DNA of 64,000 nt from Octopus bimaculoides (lineage: Eukaryota). Location of the stretch: contig NC_069000.1 in assembly GCF_001194135.2 (NCBI RefSeq), forward strand, positions 28,287,369 through 28,351,368, read 5' to 3'. The position numbers and the translations under genes are program-made. How positions within the stretch are numbered: the stretch's first letter is position 1; each line of letters starts with the position of its first letter. Under the pieces are notes generated by a model. The model was not told where the DNA came from. It made no database searches and saw only the letters and a list, made by a program, of their open reading frames with translations. Shown piece by piece: positions 1-11,397 of this stretch.

Positions 1-178
1 ATATAGGACCCCAGCTGCTCTATGATACTCCATTTAATTTTTGTGTGGGATCCCTTCATCCTTAAGGCACCACACGTGGCTGGCCAGGGATGAGACGTAA
101 CATCTTTCTGGAACTGTAAAAGTGGACCTGTGGTTGTACAGGTGCTGCTTAAAATGCATATTTTTACATTGCCTGGTA

Positions 179-1004
179 GATGTCAGAGTTAGAAAGCACC
201 AATAAGTTGGAATTTCTCCATTTTGACGGGGATTTTTCAGATTTTTTTTTTCACAGTGGCCTTGGAAATGATCTGGAGCATCTTTATTTCTAAAAAAAAT
301 TTTCAAAAAATTGTTCTTTTAACCCCCCCCCCCATCATCTCTTCTCTGGACCGAATTTGGTCAATTTTGTGTGCATTATGCACAATGGTTTTTTTTAGCA
401 CTATGTACTTATAAACTACAGGAGAAGCCTTTTGGGCAAAAACAAATGTACATATGTTCAGACGAAAAAGTGTTATTTAAGGGATATTTGGCTGTTGTTT
501 CTAGCATATCCCATGACCTGTAATGTTTAGGGTTGATAAAAATCATAGATTTTCAAAAAAATTTTTTTAAATTTATGTTATTCATGAGGAGAAAATATTG
601 AAAAACATCAATACTTGTCAGAGTGAGAAAGAAACAAGGAAGATGGTCATGGGATATGCTAGAAACAACAGCAAAACCTCTCTTTAATCATACATCTTTC
701 TATTTGAAAATATTTACTTTTTTTTTTACCTTAACGGCTTCTATAATTTTCAAGTGTATAGTGCTCCCAAAAAATCATTGTGTAGTGTCCACAAAGTCGA
801 CAAAAAAATCATTGTGTGTAGTGCCCACAAAGTCGACCAAAATCGGTCTGGAGAGGTGAAGATGGCCAGGGGGTTAAAAAAAACATTTTATGTTAAAAAG
901 ATGCTCCAGATTATTTCCAAGGACACCGTCAAAAAATAAATCTGAAAAATCAAAATGGAAAATGGAAAAATTCCAGCTTGTTGGTGCTTCCTAACTGCGA
1001 CATC
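179..1004. mobile_element. Foldback/MITE-like element with long imperfect inverted arms
   Basis: GATGTCAGAGTTAGAAAGCACCAATAAGTTGG (179) mirrors CCAGCTTGTTGGTGCTTCCTAACTGCGACATC (ends 1004). 305-410 mirrors 770-890. 491-518 GCTGTTGTTTCTAGCATATCCCATGACC is the exact reverse complement of 646-673. No coding capacity. Confidence 0.7.
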
Positions 1005-1439
1005 CATCCCTTGCTTTATAATTGCATGTTCCATTAACATAATTTAAAAAATTTCAAATGGGTACATTAACCCTGATTTAGCAGAGACACATCATCAACA
1101 CGCAAGACCTCTATATGGTCGCTCAACACGCTAGAAATAGCAGCCAAGTCTCCCTTAAACCACACCTTACTGGGAGACCTGGAATGAAGTGGTGAAGGTT
1201 GATCTCAGGACTATAGGCTTAAGGGATGAGATGACAAAGGACCAGGACCTCTCAAAAGTCTCAACCTCCACAGCAAAATAACAGTGCAGAATATTTAGAC
1301 ACTGTTAATACACAAGAGTTCTCAATGGGTATTCTTAGAGACAAACATTCCTACATCTGGCAACCAAACATGCAATTGTCCCACTACAGTAATTATGCCA
1401 GATGCAAATTTGGAAACTACAACCACAAAGACTCCTGAC

Positions 1440-3165
1440 ACTGCATAAAAGGTGTGTTCCTGGTGAATCATTCCTTCAAGCAATCAATTCAATGCAGCCA
1501 AATTATGATTCACTGCAGTTCTCATTGCTATTTCCATTTGGTGATAGGAGATAGAGAGTTAACTTTTAATGTTAGAGGTAAGAGTCATAAGATATCACAG
1601 ATGGATTTTTACAAATATAGGCTCATTGTTCAGGAACATGATTTCAATTTCCTGAACAATTCAGGTTGTTTAGCTCAGGAACATTTCTGTGATATGTATT
1701 CCAAGGTTGAAGAAGTAATGTTACAGTAGATTTAATATGATAATAAAAAAAATAAAATAAAAATTAGGGCAGAAATGTATCAAAATATTCATGGTTACAT
1801 GTATTCCCATAGCTCAAATATTGGCAAAAGAATAATCATACTTCCAACATTCATAGGAGGTCCACGATGGATGCAATGGCAATTGTTCAAAAGTTAGGAA
1901 AACCAAATTTCTTCATTACTTTCACCTGTAACCCCCAGAGGAGAGAAAAAGAGACAGACAGACACCAGCTGATAGACCAGACTTAACTGACAAAATATTT
2001 AATATGTAACTTAGGGATCTCTTATATGGTATTTTGAAGAACATTTTGGGAGAGATTGCAGGGTACAAATAGTCTATGGAGTTTCAAAAACATGGCCTTC
2101 CCCATTGTCACATGTTCATATTGGATCCAGAACATTATGAAAACTTTGTTTATGCAGAACTTCCAAATCCACAAACACATCCAATTCTATTTTAACATGT
2201 TGCCAAAGCATGCGACATGGTCCACGTGGGAGAAATAAACCCAATACATTTTCCTAAAGACTTTCAGGAAAATGCAAAACACAGTTATAACAGCTATCTA
2301 TTTTTCTGATGTTGAAATAATGGTTCTACATTTACAAATTCAGATGTTATGTTAGATAATTGTTCAGTAGTACCATATTCCCCTTCTTTTTAGTCAAATA
2401 TAGAGGTCATTATAAATGTAGAGATATGTGTAGCTGTAAAATCAGTTAAATATATTAGCAAATATATTCATAAAGGTTGTGATTGGGTGACAGCCAATAT
2501 TGGTGGACAAACTAATGCACAACAAACAGAAACATACAAAGATAAAATTGAAAATTATATTAATGGCCATTATGTATCCTCATCAGAAGCAGATTCATAT
2601 CCTCCAGTCCAACAGCATCCACCTCATTTACCGCAACAGCAATACATTTGCTTTAATGATGATGACAATATACAATATGTTATCCATACTTACGACAAGT
2701 CCACCCTCGCTGAATGGATGTGAGTTAACCAGAAATCACCAGCTAAGTCATTTGAACTTTTCCCTGAATTTCACACATGGAAAAATACTTAGAAAATGTG
2801 GTATTTCAAAAAATAATACACATGCAATTGGGTATATCTACTTTGTTTCACCAAAGGAACAGGAGTAATTCTGAGAGCTTTATTGCATCATATTACTGGA
2901 GCTATATCATTTGAAAATAAAGGAGCTATTTATTAATGGTATAGTTTTCCATATTTAGAGGCTGCAATGAAACTGGGTTCAGCACATGCTGACTGTGAAT
3001 ACTATGTAACTATGGAATTTGCAAATGTTTCAGCAACTTCATATCAGCTGCAAAGACTTTTCTGCTCTGACAAATTATTTACAGCATTTGAAAGGCAACT
3101 TTCAGAAAATAAAACGACTACTTTAGAAGCAGAAAATATCAAAGATAGCATACAACAACATACAT
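1440..3165 (+). mobile_element. Decayed Helitron Rep (HUH) region
   Basis: Fragmented frames give YDSLQFSLLFPFGD, ISQMDFYKYRL...DMYSKVE, DAMAIVQKLGKPNFFITFTCNP (about 1870-1935), EFQKHGLPHCHM (about 2078-2115), HLPQQQYICF and IGYIYFVSPKEQE. These are typical Helitron Rep motifs, interrupted by many stops and frameshifts. Confidence 0.85.
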
Positions 3166-3168
3166 AGC

Positions 3169-5277
3169 CTAGTCACCCGTATTGTTAACCAGGTGATACA
3201 CGAAGGAGTCATACCCAATGACTGGTGTAGCAGCACCATAGTCAACTGCTACAAAGGTAAAGGTGACGCTTTAGATACAAATAATTATAGAAGTATCAAG
3301 TTGTTAGATCAGGTAATGAAAGTCACAGAGAGGGTCATAGCCTAACTAATTAGGGAGCGAGTCAGTTTAGATGAGATGCAGTTTGGGTTTGTGCCAGGTT
3401 GCACCACTGATGCTATATTTCTGGTAAGACAGCTGCAGGAGAAATACCTAGCCAAACCTCTGTACCTGGCTTTCGTTGACATGGAGAAAGCCTNNNNNNN
3501 NNNNNNNNNNNNNNNNNNNNNNNNNNNNNNNNNNNNNNNNNNNNNNNNNNNNNNNNNNNNNNNNNNNNNNNNNNNNNNNNNNNNNNNNNNNNNNNNNNNN
3601 NNNNNNNNNNNNNNNNNNNNNNNNNNNNNNNNNNNNNNNNNNNNNNNNNNNNNNNNNNNNNNNNNNNNNNNNNNNNNNNNNNNNNNNNNNNNNNACAAAC
3701 CTCTTCAGGTAGATGGCCCTGCTTGATCTGTAGAAAAGGGGTAGGTAGAAACTCTATAAGATGTACCCAGTGCAAGCTATGGACACATAAGAGTTGCAGC
3801 AATATCAAAGGAAGGTTAACTAAGAAGTTAGTTTTTGTATGTGGCAGATGTTCAGGAGCAATAAACACTGAAAATGTGCAGAAAACAACTCTGGCCACTT
3901 TCCAGGGAGAAAAACTAGACTTAGTCGATAGCTTCCGCTATCTGGGTGACCAAGTTAGTAGTGGGGGAGGGTGCGCTGAAAGTGTAGCTGCTAGAATAAG
4001 AATAGCCTGGGGAAAGTTCAGAGAGTTCTTACCTCTGCTGGTGACAAGGGGCCTCTCACTGAGAGTAAAAAGCAGACTGTATGACGCATGTGTACAAACA
4101 GCCATGCTTCATGGCAGTGAAACATGGGCCGTGACTGCTGGGGACATGTGTAGGCTCGCAAGGAATGAAGGCAATATGCTCCGATGGATTTGTAATGTCA
4201 GTGTGCATACTAGACAGAGTGTAAGTATCTTGAGAGAAAAGCTGAACATTAGAAGCATCAGTTGTGGTGTGCAAGAAAGACGATTGCGCTGGTATGGTCA
4301 TGTGGCGAGAATGGATGAGGATAGCTGTGTGAAAAAGTGTCACACCAGGGCAGTTGAGGGAACCTGTGGAAGAGGTAGGCCCAGGAAAACCTGGGATGAG
4401 GTGGTGAGGCACNNNNNNNNNNNNNNNNNNNNNNNNNNNNNNNNNNNNNNNNNNNNNNNNNNNNNNNNNNNNNNNNNNNNNNNNNNNNNNNNNNNNNNNN
4501 NNNNNNNNNNNNNNNNNNNNNNNNNNNNNNNNNNNNNNNNNNNNNNNNNNNNNNNNNNNNNNNNNNNNNNNNNNNNNNNNNNNNNNNNNNNNNNNNNNNN
4601 NNNNNNNNNNNNNNNNNNNNNNNNNNNNNNNNNNNNNNNNNNNNNNNNNNNNNNNNNNNNNNNNNNNNNNNNNNNNNNNNNNNNNNNNNNNNNNNNNNNN
4701 NNNNNNNNNNNNNNNNNNNNNNNNNNNNNNNNNNNNNNNNNNNNNNNNNNNNNNNNNNNNNNNNNNNNNNNNNNNNNNNNNNNNNNNNNNNNNNNNNNNN
4801 NNNNNNNNNNNNNNNNNNNNNNNNNNNNNNNNNNNNNNNNNNNNNNNNNNNNNNNNNNNNNNNNNNNNNNNNNNNNNNNNNNNNNNNNNNNNNNNNNNNN
4901 NNNNNNNNNNNNNNNNNNNNNNNNNNNNNNNNNNNNNNNNGGCACTTGTGCCAGTGGCATGTGTAAAGACATTTGAGCGAGATCGTTGCCAGTGCCGCTG
5001 GACTGGCTCCTGTGCAGGTGGCACATAAAATACACCTTTTTGAGCGTGGCCGTTGCCAGTACCGCCTGACTGGCCTTCATGCAGGTGGCACGTAAAAGCA
5101 CCCACTACACTCTCAAAGTGGTTGGCGTTAGGAAGGGTATCCAGCTGTAGAAACTCTGCCAGATCGGATTGGAGCCTGGTGCAGCCATCTGGTTCACCAG
5201 TCCTCAGTCAAATCGTCCAACCCATGCTAGCATGGAAAGCTGACATTAAACGATGACGGTGATGATGATGATGATAT
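3169..5277 (+). mobile_element. RTE-clade LINE, 5'-truncated (RT, Cys-rich insert, 3' UTR, (GAT)n tail)
   Basis: QFGFVPG..TTDAIFLVRQLQEKYL..YLAFVDMEKA, VDSFRYLGDQ, MLHGSETW and GRGRPRKTW; tandemly repeated 3' UTR ending in GATGATGAT at about 5260-5277; two N gaps inside. Confidence 0.9.
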
Positions 5278-5794
5278 CAATTTTAACAGTTTCTTTCAAA
5301 ATTAGTATTCATTTACATTCATCAATATTTTCAGATAGTGAATAAATATTTATCCTGTCACACAAAGAATAAACAATGCAAATCCATCACAACCATTATG
5401 AAGATGCCATAATTTGTAGGATTTTCCAATGAAACAAATGTACTTGTCAGGAATAACCTTGGGATTATACAATAATCTAAGAAAACCTAAGTATAACATG
5501 TAATAGTTGCAGTAACAATATACATGAAGGATATATTCAGTAATAATTCCAGTATACTTTAATAATGCACATTATCTCTTTCAATAGCATCCAAATCTTC
5601 CTTAAACCACACCTGAAAAGTGAAACAATTATCTTCAGATGCTCTGCATACACCACCCTTCATTGAACACTGTTCTCACCTGCCTGCCATGTATATAATT
5701 ATGCATTTTCACTATAGGAATATATGAAACAATGATATAAAATCAATGTAAAATATGCTATCTTAAAGATAGCATGTTCACACTAGTATTTTAC

Positions 5795-6005
5795 TCTTTC
5801 ACATGTTTCAGTCATTTGACTGCAGCCATGCTGGAGCACCACCTTTAGTCAAAGAAATCAAACCCAGTACTTATTCTATCTTTGTAAGCCCAGTACTTAT
5901 TCTATCGGTCTCTTTTGCTGAGCCACTAAGTTCCAGGGACATAAACACACCAACATCAGTTGTCAAGCGGTGGTGGTAGTGGAACAAACAGAGACACGCA
6001 CACAT
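5795..6005 (+). mobile_element. SINE fragment
   Basis: TGTTTCAGTCATTTGACTGCAGCCATGCTGGAGCACC core recurs at 43153-43195; ends in a CA/TA-rich tail. Confidence 0.6.
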
Positions 6006-6019
6006 AAATATATATACAC

Positions 6020-6075
6020 ATATAATCCAAGAGAGTTAGGGGTTGAGGATTCAACCCACTAAGGGGAGGGTATCC
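6020..6075 (-). mobile_element. 3' end fragment of the CR1-like LINE family
   Basis: GAGTTAGGGGTTGAGGATTCAACCCACTAAGGGG resembles 47568-47600 AGTTAGGGATTGTGAATCCAACCCACTAAGGG, the 3' end of the LINE at 47562-52900. Confidence 0.55.
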
Positions 6076-6396
6076 AATTATTGTTACACTAGTGTTATAC
6101 CAAATGCAGTAAGTGGGTACGGGTAAAAGGGGGTTATTTTACTCTAAATTTATATAGCAATATACATGTGCAACCATCTGTGTATGTGCATCTGAGCACA
6201 CATATATGTACTCATGTAGTTATGTTTATGTATCCATGAATATCTGCATATAGTAATGTATACATGCATAGGCATGTATATTGGAGTTTTTATAACTATT
6301 TATATGGTTTTATATACTTTTTGTAGGTTTTTTTATGTGCCTTATATTTTTATATTTTTATTTTATTCTTATTTTATATTTGTATTGAATTTTGTT

Positions 6397-6530
6397 AATC
6401 TCTGAAGAGGCCTAGCGAATCATGCATGTACCCCCATTACATCATTTTCATCTACTAATTACTCCAGCGTACGGGAGCTATATAGATAGAATGGGGCATG
6501 CCAACACTAGGCCGAAACAGCTGCAAGATT
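6397..6530 (+). ncRNA. Type I hammerhead ribozyme motif (Penelope pseudo-LTR), U16.1->C
   Basis: Stem I AATCT(6397-6401)/AGATT(6526-6530); core CTGAAGA 6402-6408; stem II GGCCTAG/CTAGGCC around a 91-nt loop; GAAA 6514-6517; palindromic stem III CAGCTG; C at 6524 where U is expected. Confidence 0.8.
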
Positions 6531-6759
6531 TTGTCCCTTCTCCAATTGCTAAATGTCCTTTAAATTTGAAATCTTAATTGTTGATATGACATTGTATGTC
6601 ATAAGTGTCTATATATTGTGTTTTTTGTCAATTTAGTTAGAAAATAAACAGATTAATCAACGGAATACAGTGTCTGCAAGTTGATGAGTACCTCATATTC
6701 CCCTCCATTTTCTTATTGCTATATACACACATATATATATATATATATATACATATACA

Positions 6760-6900
6760 TGACTGGCTTCTCTCTGCTTTTGTCTACCAGATCCACTCAC
6801 AAGGCTTTAGTTGGCCCAAGGCTATAGTAGAAGACATTTGCCCAAGATACCACGCAGTAGTACTGAACCGGGAACCATGTGGTTATGAAGCAAGCTTCTA
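6760..6900 (-). mobile_element. tRNA-head SINE
   Basis: Minus strand has a B-box-like GGTTCCCGGTTCAGTACTAC followed by a body homologous to the SINE at 24802-24960. Confidence 0.55.
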
Positions 6901-7074
6901 TATTTCATAAAAATTGGATTATATTTACAATGTTCGATTGAAGCATTGCTCATTACAGATGCAATTTGTAATGGCTTTCCTGAAGGATAGGCATCCGACC
7001 ACCAGGGTAGACTCCTTGCTTTCACACAGCCACGCTTGTGCATTGTTATATTTCGGGATTTTTGTTTTTTTGCC

Positions 7075-7460
7075 AAATAAACACATGCACTATATATTTG
7101 TTCTATACTTGAGATTTATCATTGTTTTTATTTTATTTAGATTATTCTATAATCCCCAGGTTATTTCTGATATTACCAAATAAACACGTGCACTATATAT
7201 TCGTTCTTCACTTCAGATTTATTATTGTTCTTATTTTATTCCCTTTGTCTGGAAATCTTTCGTCACACGTCCTGAGACCTCTTCAGCAACTCTCCAGTCC
7301 ACGTATCACCTGTTCTCTTTAATCCAGTCTGTCTTTCTGTTGTGTGTATCCTTGTCTGTAGGGATGGAGAGTTGTTGAAGAAGTCACAGGATGTGTGACG
7401 AAAGATTTCCAGACAAAGGGCATAAAATAAGAACAAAAATAAATTTGAACTGAAGAACGA
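7075..7460. mobile_element. Penelope-like pseudo-LTRs, tandem plus inverted, each inverted arm with a hammerhead-like core
   Basis: 7075-7140 repeats directly at 7178-7240. 7241-7300 is the reverse complement of 7361-7420. Minus arm reads CTGAAGAGGTC...GACGAAA (7286-7258); plus arm reads TTGAAGAAGTCAC..GTGACGAAA (7375-7403). Confidence 0.7.
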
Positions 7461-7500
7461 ATATATTAGGCAAAAAAAAAACAAAAAAAATTCTGAAATA

Positions 7501-7728
7501 TAGCGTGTTCAAAAAGTCTCTCTGCATTCACACGGTCCATACCTCATCAAATTCTCCAAGATGTATTTCAAAACATGTGTAGAAGAGTCAACTTATGTAC
7601 TGAAAACGAAGGACGACACTTTTAATACCTCTTATAAAGTTTTTTAAAGTCTTCTAGTCTTATACCATCTTATTAATATGTATTTTTCAATAAAATACTT
7701 ACTGCGGAGAGACTTTTTGAACACCCTG
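7501..7728. mobile_element. Tc1/mariner-type MITE
   Basis: About 28-bp TIRs (TAGCGTGTTCAAAAAGTCTCTCTGCATT / ACTGCGGAGAGACTTTTTGAACACCCTG), flanked by TA on both sides. Confidence 0.8.
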
Positions 7729-8561
7729 TATAATATTATCTGTTTCAACACACGATTTCACATCAGGAATCTTGCAAAATAAATACTAAAACGTAACAAA
7801 GTGAGCCTCAGCCAGGCAAGCAAGACGTTGAAAAACACTATATTTTGTTGTCTAAAAAAGATCATTGCAACACAACTTCACTTCGTAAAACTGTGTCTCA
7901 TATATACACAAAATGTGTGTTACTTTCTGTTGCCACTTTAATCTTCCTGATTCTTCATGATTAGCAAAGAATCACCTAACTTGGATTTGCAAGAGAGTAA
8001 ACTCAGTGTATACTTAATAAAAAAGTCTACTTCAATGCAGACTACTTTTCACTCTATTTGTAAATTCAACGATGTGTATTTGTATGTATATGTTCGTGTG
8101 CCTTCACCCTGTATATATATATATATATATATATNNNNNNNNNNNNNNNNNNNNNNNNNNNNNNNNNNNNNNNNNNNNNNNNNNNNNNNNNNNNNNNNNN
8201 NNNNNNNNNNNNNNNNNNNNNNNNNNNNNNNNNNNNNNNNNNNNNNNNNNNNNNNNNNNNNNNNNNNNNNNNNNNNNNNNNNNNNNNNNNNNNNNNNNNN
8301 NNNNNNNNNNNNNNNNNNNNNNNNNNNNNNNNNNNNNNNNNNNNNNNNNNNNNNNNNNNNNNNNNNNNNNNNNNNNNNNNNNNNNNNNNNNNNNNNNNNN
8401 NNNNNNNNNNNNNNNNNNNNNNNNNNNNNNNNNNNNNNNNNNNNNNNNNNNNNNNNNNNNNNNNNNNNNNNNNNNNNNNNNNNNNNNNNNNNNNNNNNNN
8501 NNNNNNNNNNNNNNNNNNNNNNNNNNNNNNNNNNNNNNNNNNNNNNNNNNNNNNNNNNNNN

Positions 8562-8614
<53 letters not shown>

Positions 8615-10427
8615 ATGTATATATATATGTGTGTGTGTGTGTATGTATATATATATGTGTGTGTGTATGTATATATATGTATGCATATATGTATGTTTGT
8701 ATATATATATATATGAATGTATGTATATAGTTGAGGTAGGGAATACGCGTGTTGGTTGATTTGGTAACATTTCAATGTAGTTAGTTTCACTTCAGGCATT
8801 TACGTGTTCTCAGTAACATCGTTTATTTAAATTAGTTCTACTTTTACTTATTATGTTTTGATTGTATTTTTTAAAACATTCATTAACTAAATAATTTATT
8901 CCCAATACAACATTATATCTGTATTTCAGCAACATTCCTGAGTATTTCATTAAGGAATTTGTCAATAATGTTTCGACCTATGAGTCATGCAACTCTCTTT
9001 TGCAGAGCAACAAAGTCGCCACTGTTCAAAGAGCACCGAGTTATTTAACGAACAGCGTGACAAACGTATCGATCCTTCCGTAAAAATCTCTTTCAGGCCA
9101 ACTATTACTAAAAAATAAAAAACAAAATCCACTTCAAAATATGGAAGTACAGAAGTGCCTGCTTTTTCAGGATTCTTTAGTCTGTAGAACAATCATTTCC
9201 AAAATATCATCTCCCTCACTGTACCCTCTCCACCCGCCATGAAAATAGTACTGATATTCAGTTCTAATTGGGGTTGAAAAACCCAGGAGAGAATGAAAAG
9301 AGAAATTTGTTGTATAAATAACAAAGAAAAGGAATTGATATTGATTGTTTTAACCAATGCAAAATTTATTTTTGGAGAAATGGTATGTTATGTTCAAGAG
9401 TATTTAATAATGGAAGCCAAGTAAAATTGTTTAAGGTAGTAATCACATCAGGATTGCAAGCTTTGATTAATAGAAACTTAACTTTTAAGAATATTACTTA
9501 ACTACCAACCCACCTACCTACCCATACATACATGTGTGCAAGTAGGTACATTTTGTTGTTTGTATGTATGTACATGTGTATGTAAGTACATGTTTGTGTG
9601 TGTGTGCTTTACAAGAACAATTTACAAAAGTAAACAAAGAAAATGAAAGGAAAATGGAAATATATGCACATTTCCTGGATTATATACATCACTTCAAGGT
9701 AAAACTGGTATAACCCTCTAAACATTTTTGAAACTGCCCCAAGCATTGGGTGATTGTGAGATTGAGGTGCAGGACAATCGTTTTAATTCTTCTCCCCCTG
9801 CCTTTTCTACAATGTCTACATTAATGTTTTTTCCTTGGAGCTGGCTGGTTGAGTGCCCCCACTCAGCATTCCCAACCCACTCACCTCTCCTCTTAATATT
9901 ACCCATATTGTGAACCCCCACTTTTCTCTCAAGCCCTGCATTAACCGGCCAGTCCTTTTTTTTTCTTTGTATTTTTGAAGAACATTGGTTCTTTAGAATT
10001 CCTCTCTGCCCATAGTTTTCTTTGTTCAAGTGAAACATTAACACATAAAGTTCTGTGGTCTCAGAGAAACTGCAATAGAAACAAACATAGAGTATTTCCT
10101 TCTTGAGATCGAAATAAATCAACATTTAATAAAACAATTAGGTTTGTCATACTATTTCTCAGTCTAATTCTACTAGAAGAGCCATTACCTTTTGACCAAG
10201 CAAAGATCAATAAACTAAATAACAGACATATATTGATTCAATACAATTCCATTTTATGCTTTCTATTCTATCTATGCTGATATAGATAATCATAAATCAG
10301 TGACTATTTCCTTAGTCTGTCTGACGGAAGTCAATCCTATCGTTACTCAGGAGAAGCTTATGAATACTCTAATCAAAAATATGTTTTGTAGAATTTTAAA
10401 ATTCAAATCACATTGGTCATCTTGACT

Positions 10428-10458
<31 letters not shown>

Positions 10459-11397
10459 AACTTATAATATGTCATTCTGAAAATTAAAAAGCTTTAATGG
10501 AAACTCAGCTTAAGTGAAATCCTTGCCAGATAACTGAAAGGTGACATTTGAGCCCCCAAAATGCCAAGCAATGGTTTTATCAAGCAAGAGAATTAATATA
10601 AAGGAGGGTATCTTCATGCCAGAGACCTGACTCATACTTAAAACAGAATGAACTCAGCTAAAGACACTCACCCAAGAATCATAACTCCTCAACAGAAGAA
10701 CGAGGTTGAGGATTTATGATGTTCATTTCTTTTTTTCCTAGTCTATACCACATCACTCACAGATATCAACTCCAATTTGAGAGCAAATTTCCTTCCATGC
10801 TGTGCGAGATGACATTGCATGTGCCAACTCTGAGACAGTTCTGTGTCCCCCATAAGTTCAAAGACCCACGTCATGTGGGCCAGACTACCGGCTTGAATAT
10901 CCCCATGGGGTTAGAGAAATGAGACATTAGTTGTGTAAATAAAAAAGAAAAATAATGAAGGAATAGATGTGGAAATCAAACAAGAGATGTAAACTCAGTT
11001 TTCAAGGAGCTTGCTCTTTGTTACTATTTGTCTCTGCTTGTCTGTGTGACTATCTCTATTTCTCTTCCCCTCTCTCTCTACCCCCCCTCTCTCTCTCTTT
11101 AACCCTCATTTAATCTNNNNNNNNNNNNNNNNNNNNNNNNNNNNNNNNNNNCCCCCTCTCTCTCTACTCCCCTCTCTCTCTACCCCCCCTCTCTCTCTCT
11201 TTAACCCTCATTTAATCTTGTCTGAAGAGATGTATGTGGATCATATGTAATATGTTGGAACTGTACAAACAATTTATATTTTTACTTATATTTATTTTCA
11301 TGAAAAGAAATATATCTGCCATGTACTGTTAAAACAGATGTAAGTAAAGAATAAATGTCACACCAATAAATGTCAGTCCATTCTTGGACTTAATACA

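Noticed and set aside
4941-5110. Spaced repeats (GTTGCCAGT..CCG..GACTGGC..GCAGGTGGCAC) resembling a CRISPR array
   Set aside because: These are two to three tandem units of the RTE 3' UTR with no unique spacers and no cas genes, in eukaryotic context.
7957-8799. Long ORFs of the IYIY/HTHT type (also near 16.3k, 21.1k, 34.6k, 42.4k, 45.5k, 58.4k)
   Set aside because: Translations of TA/CA microsatellites and N gaps.
8960-9010. Minus-strand ...GAGAGTTGCATGACTCATAGGTCGAAAC hammerhead-like segment
   Set aside because: No CTGANGA core in register, and stems I and III cannot be formed.
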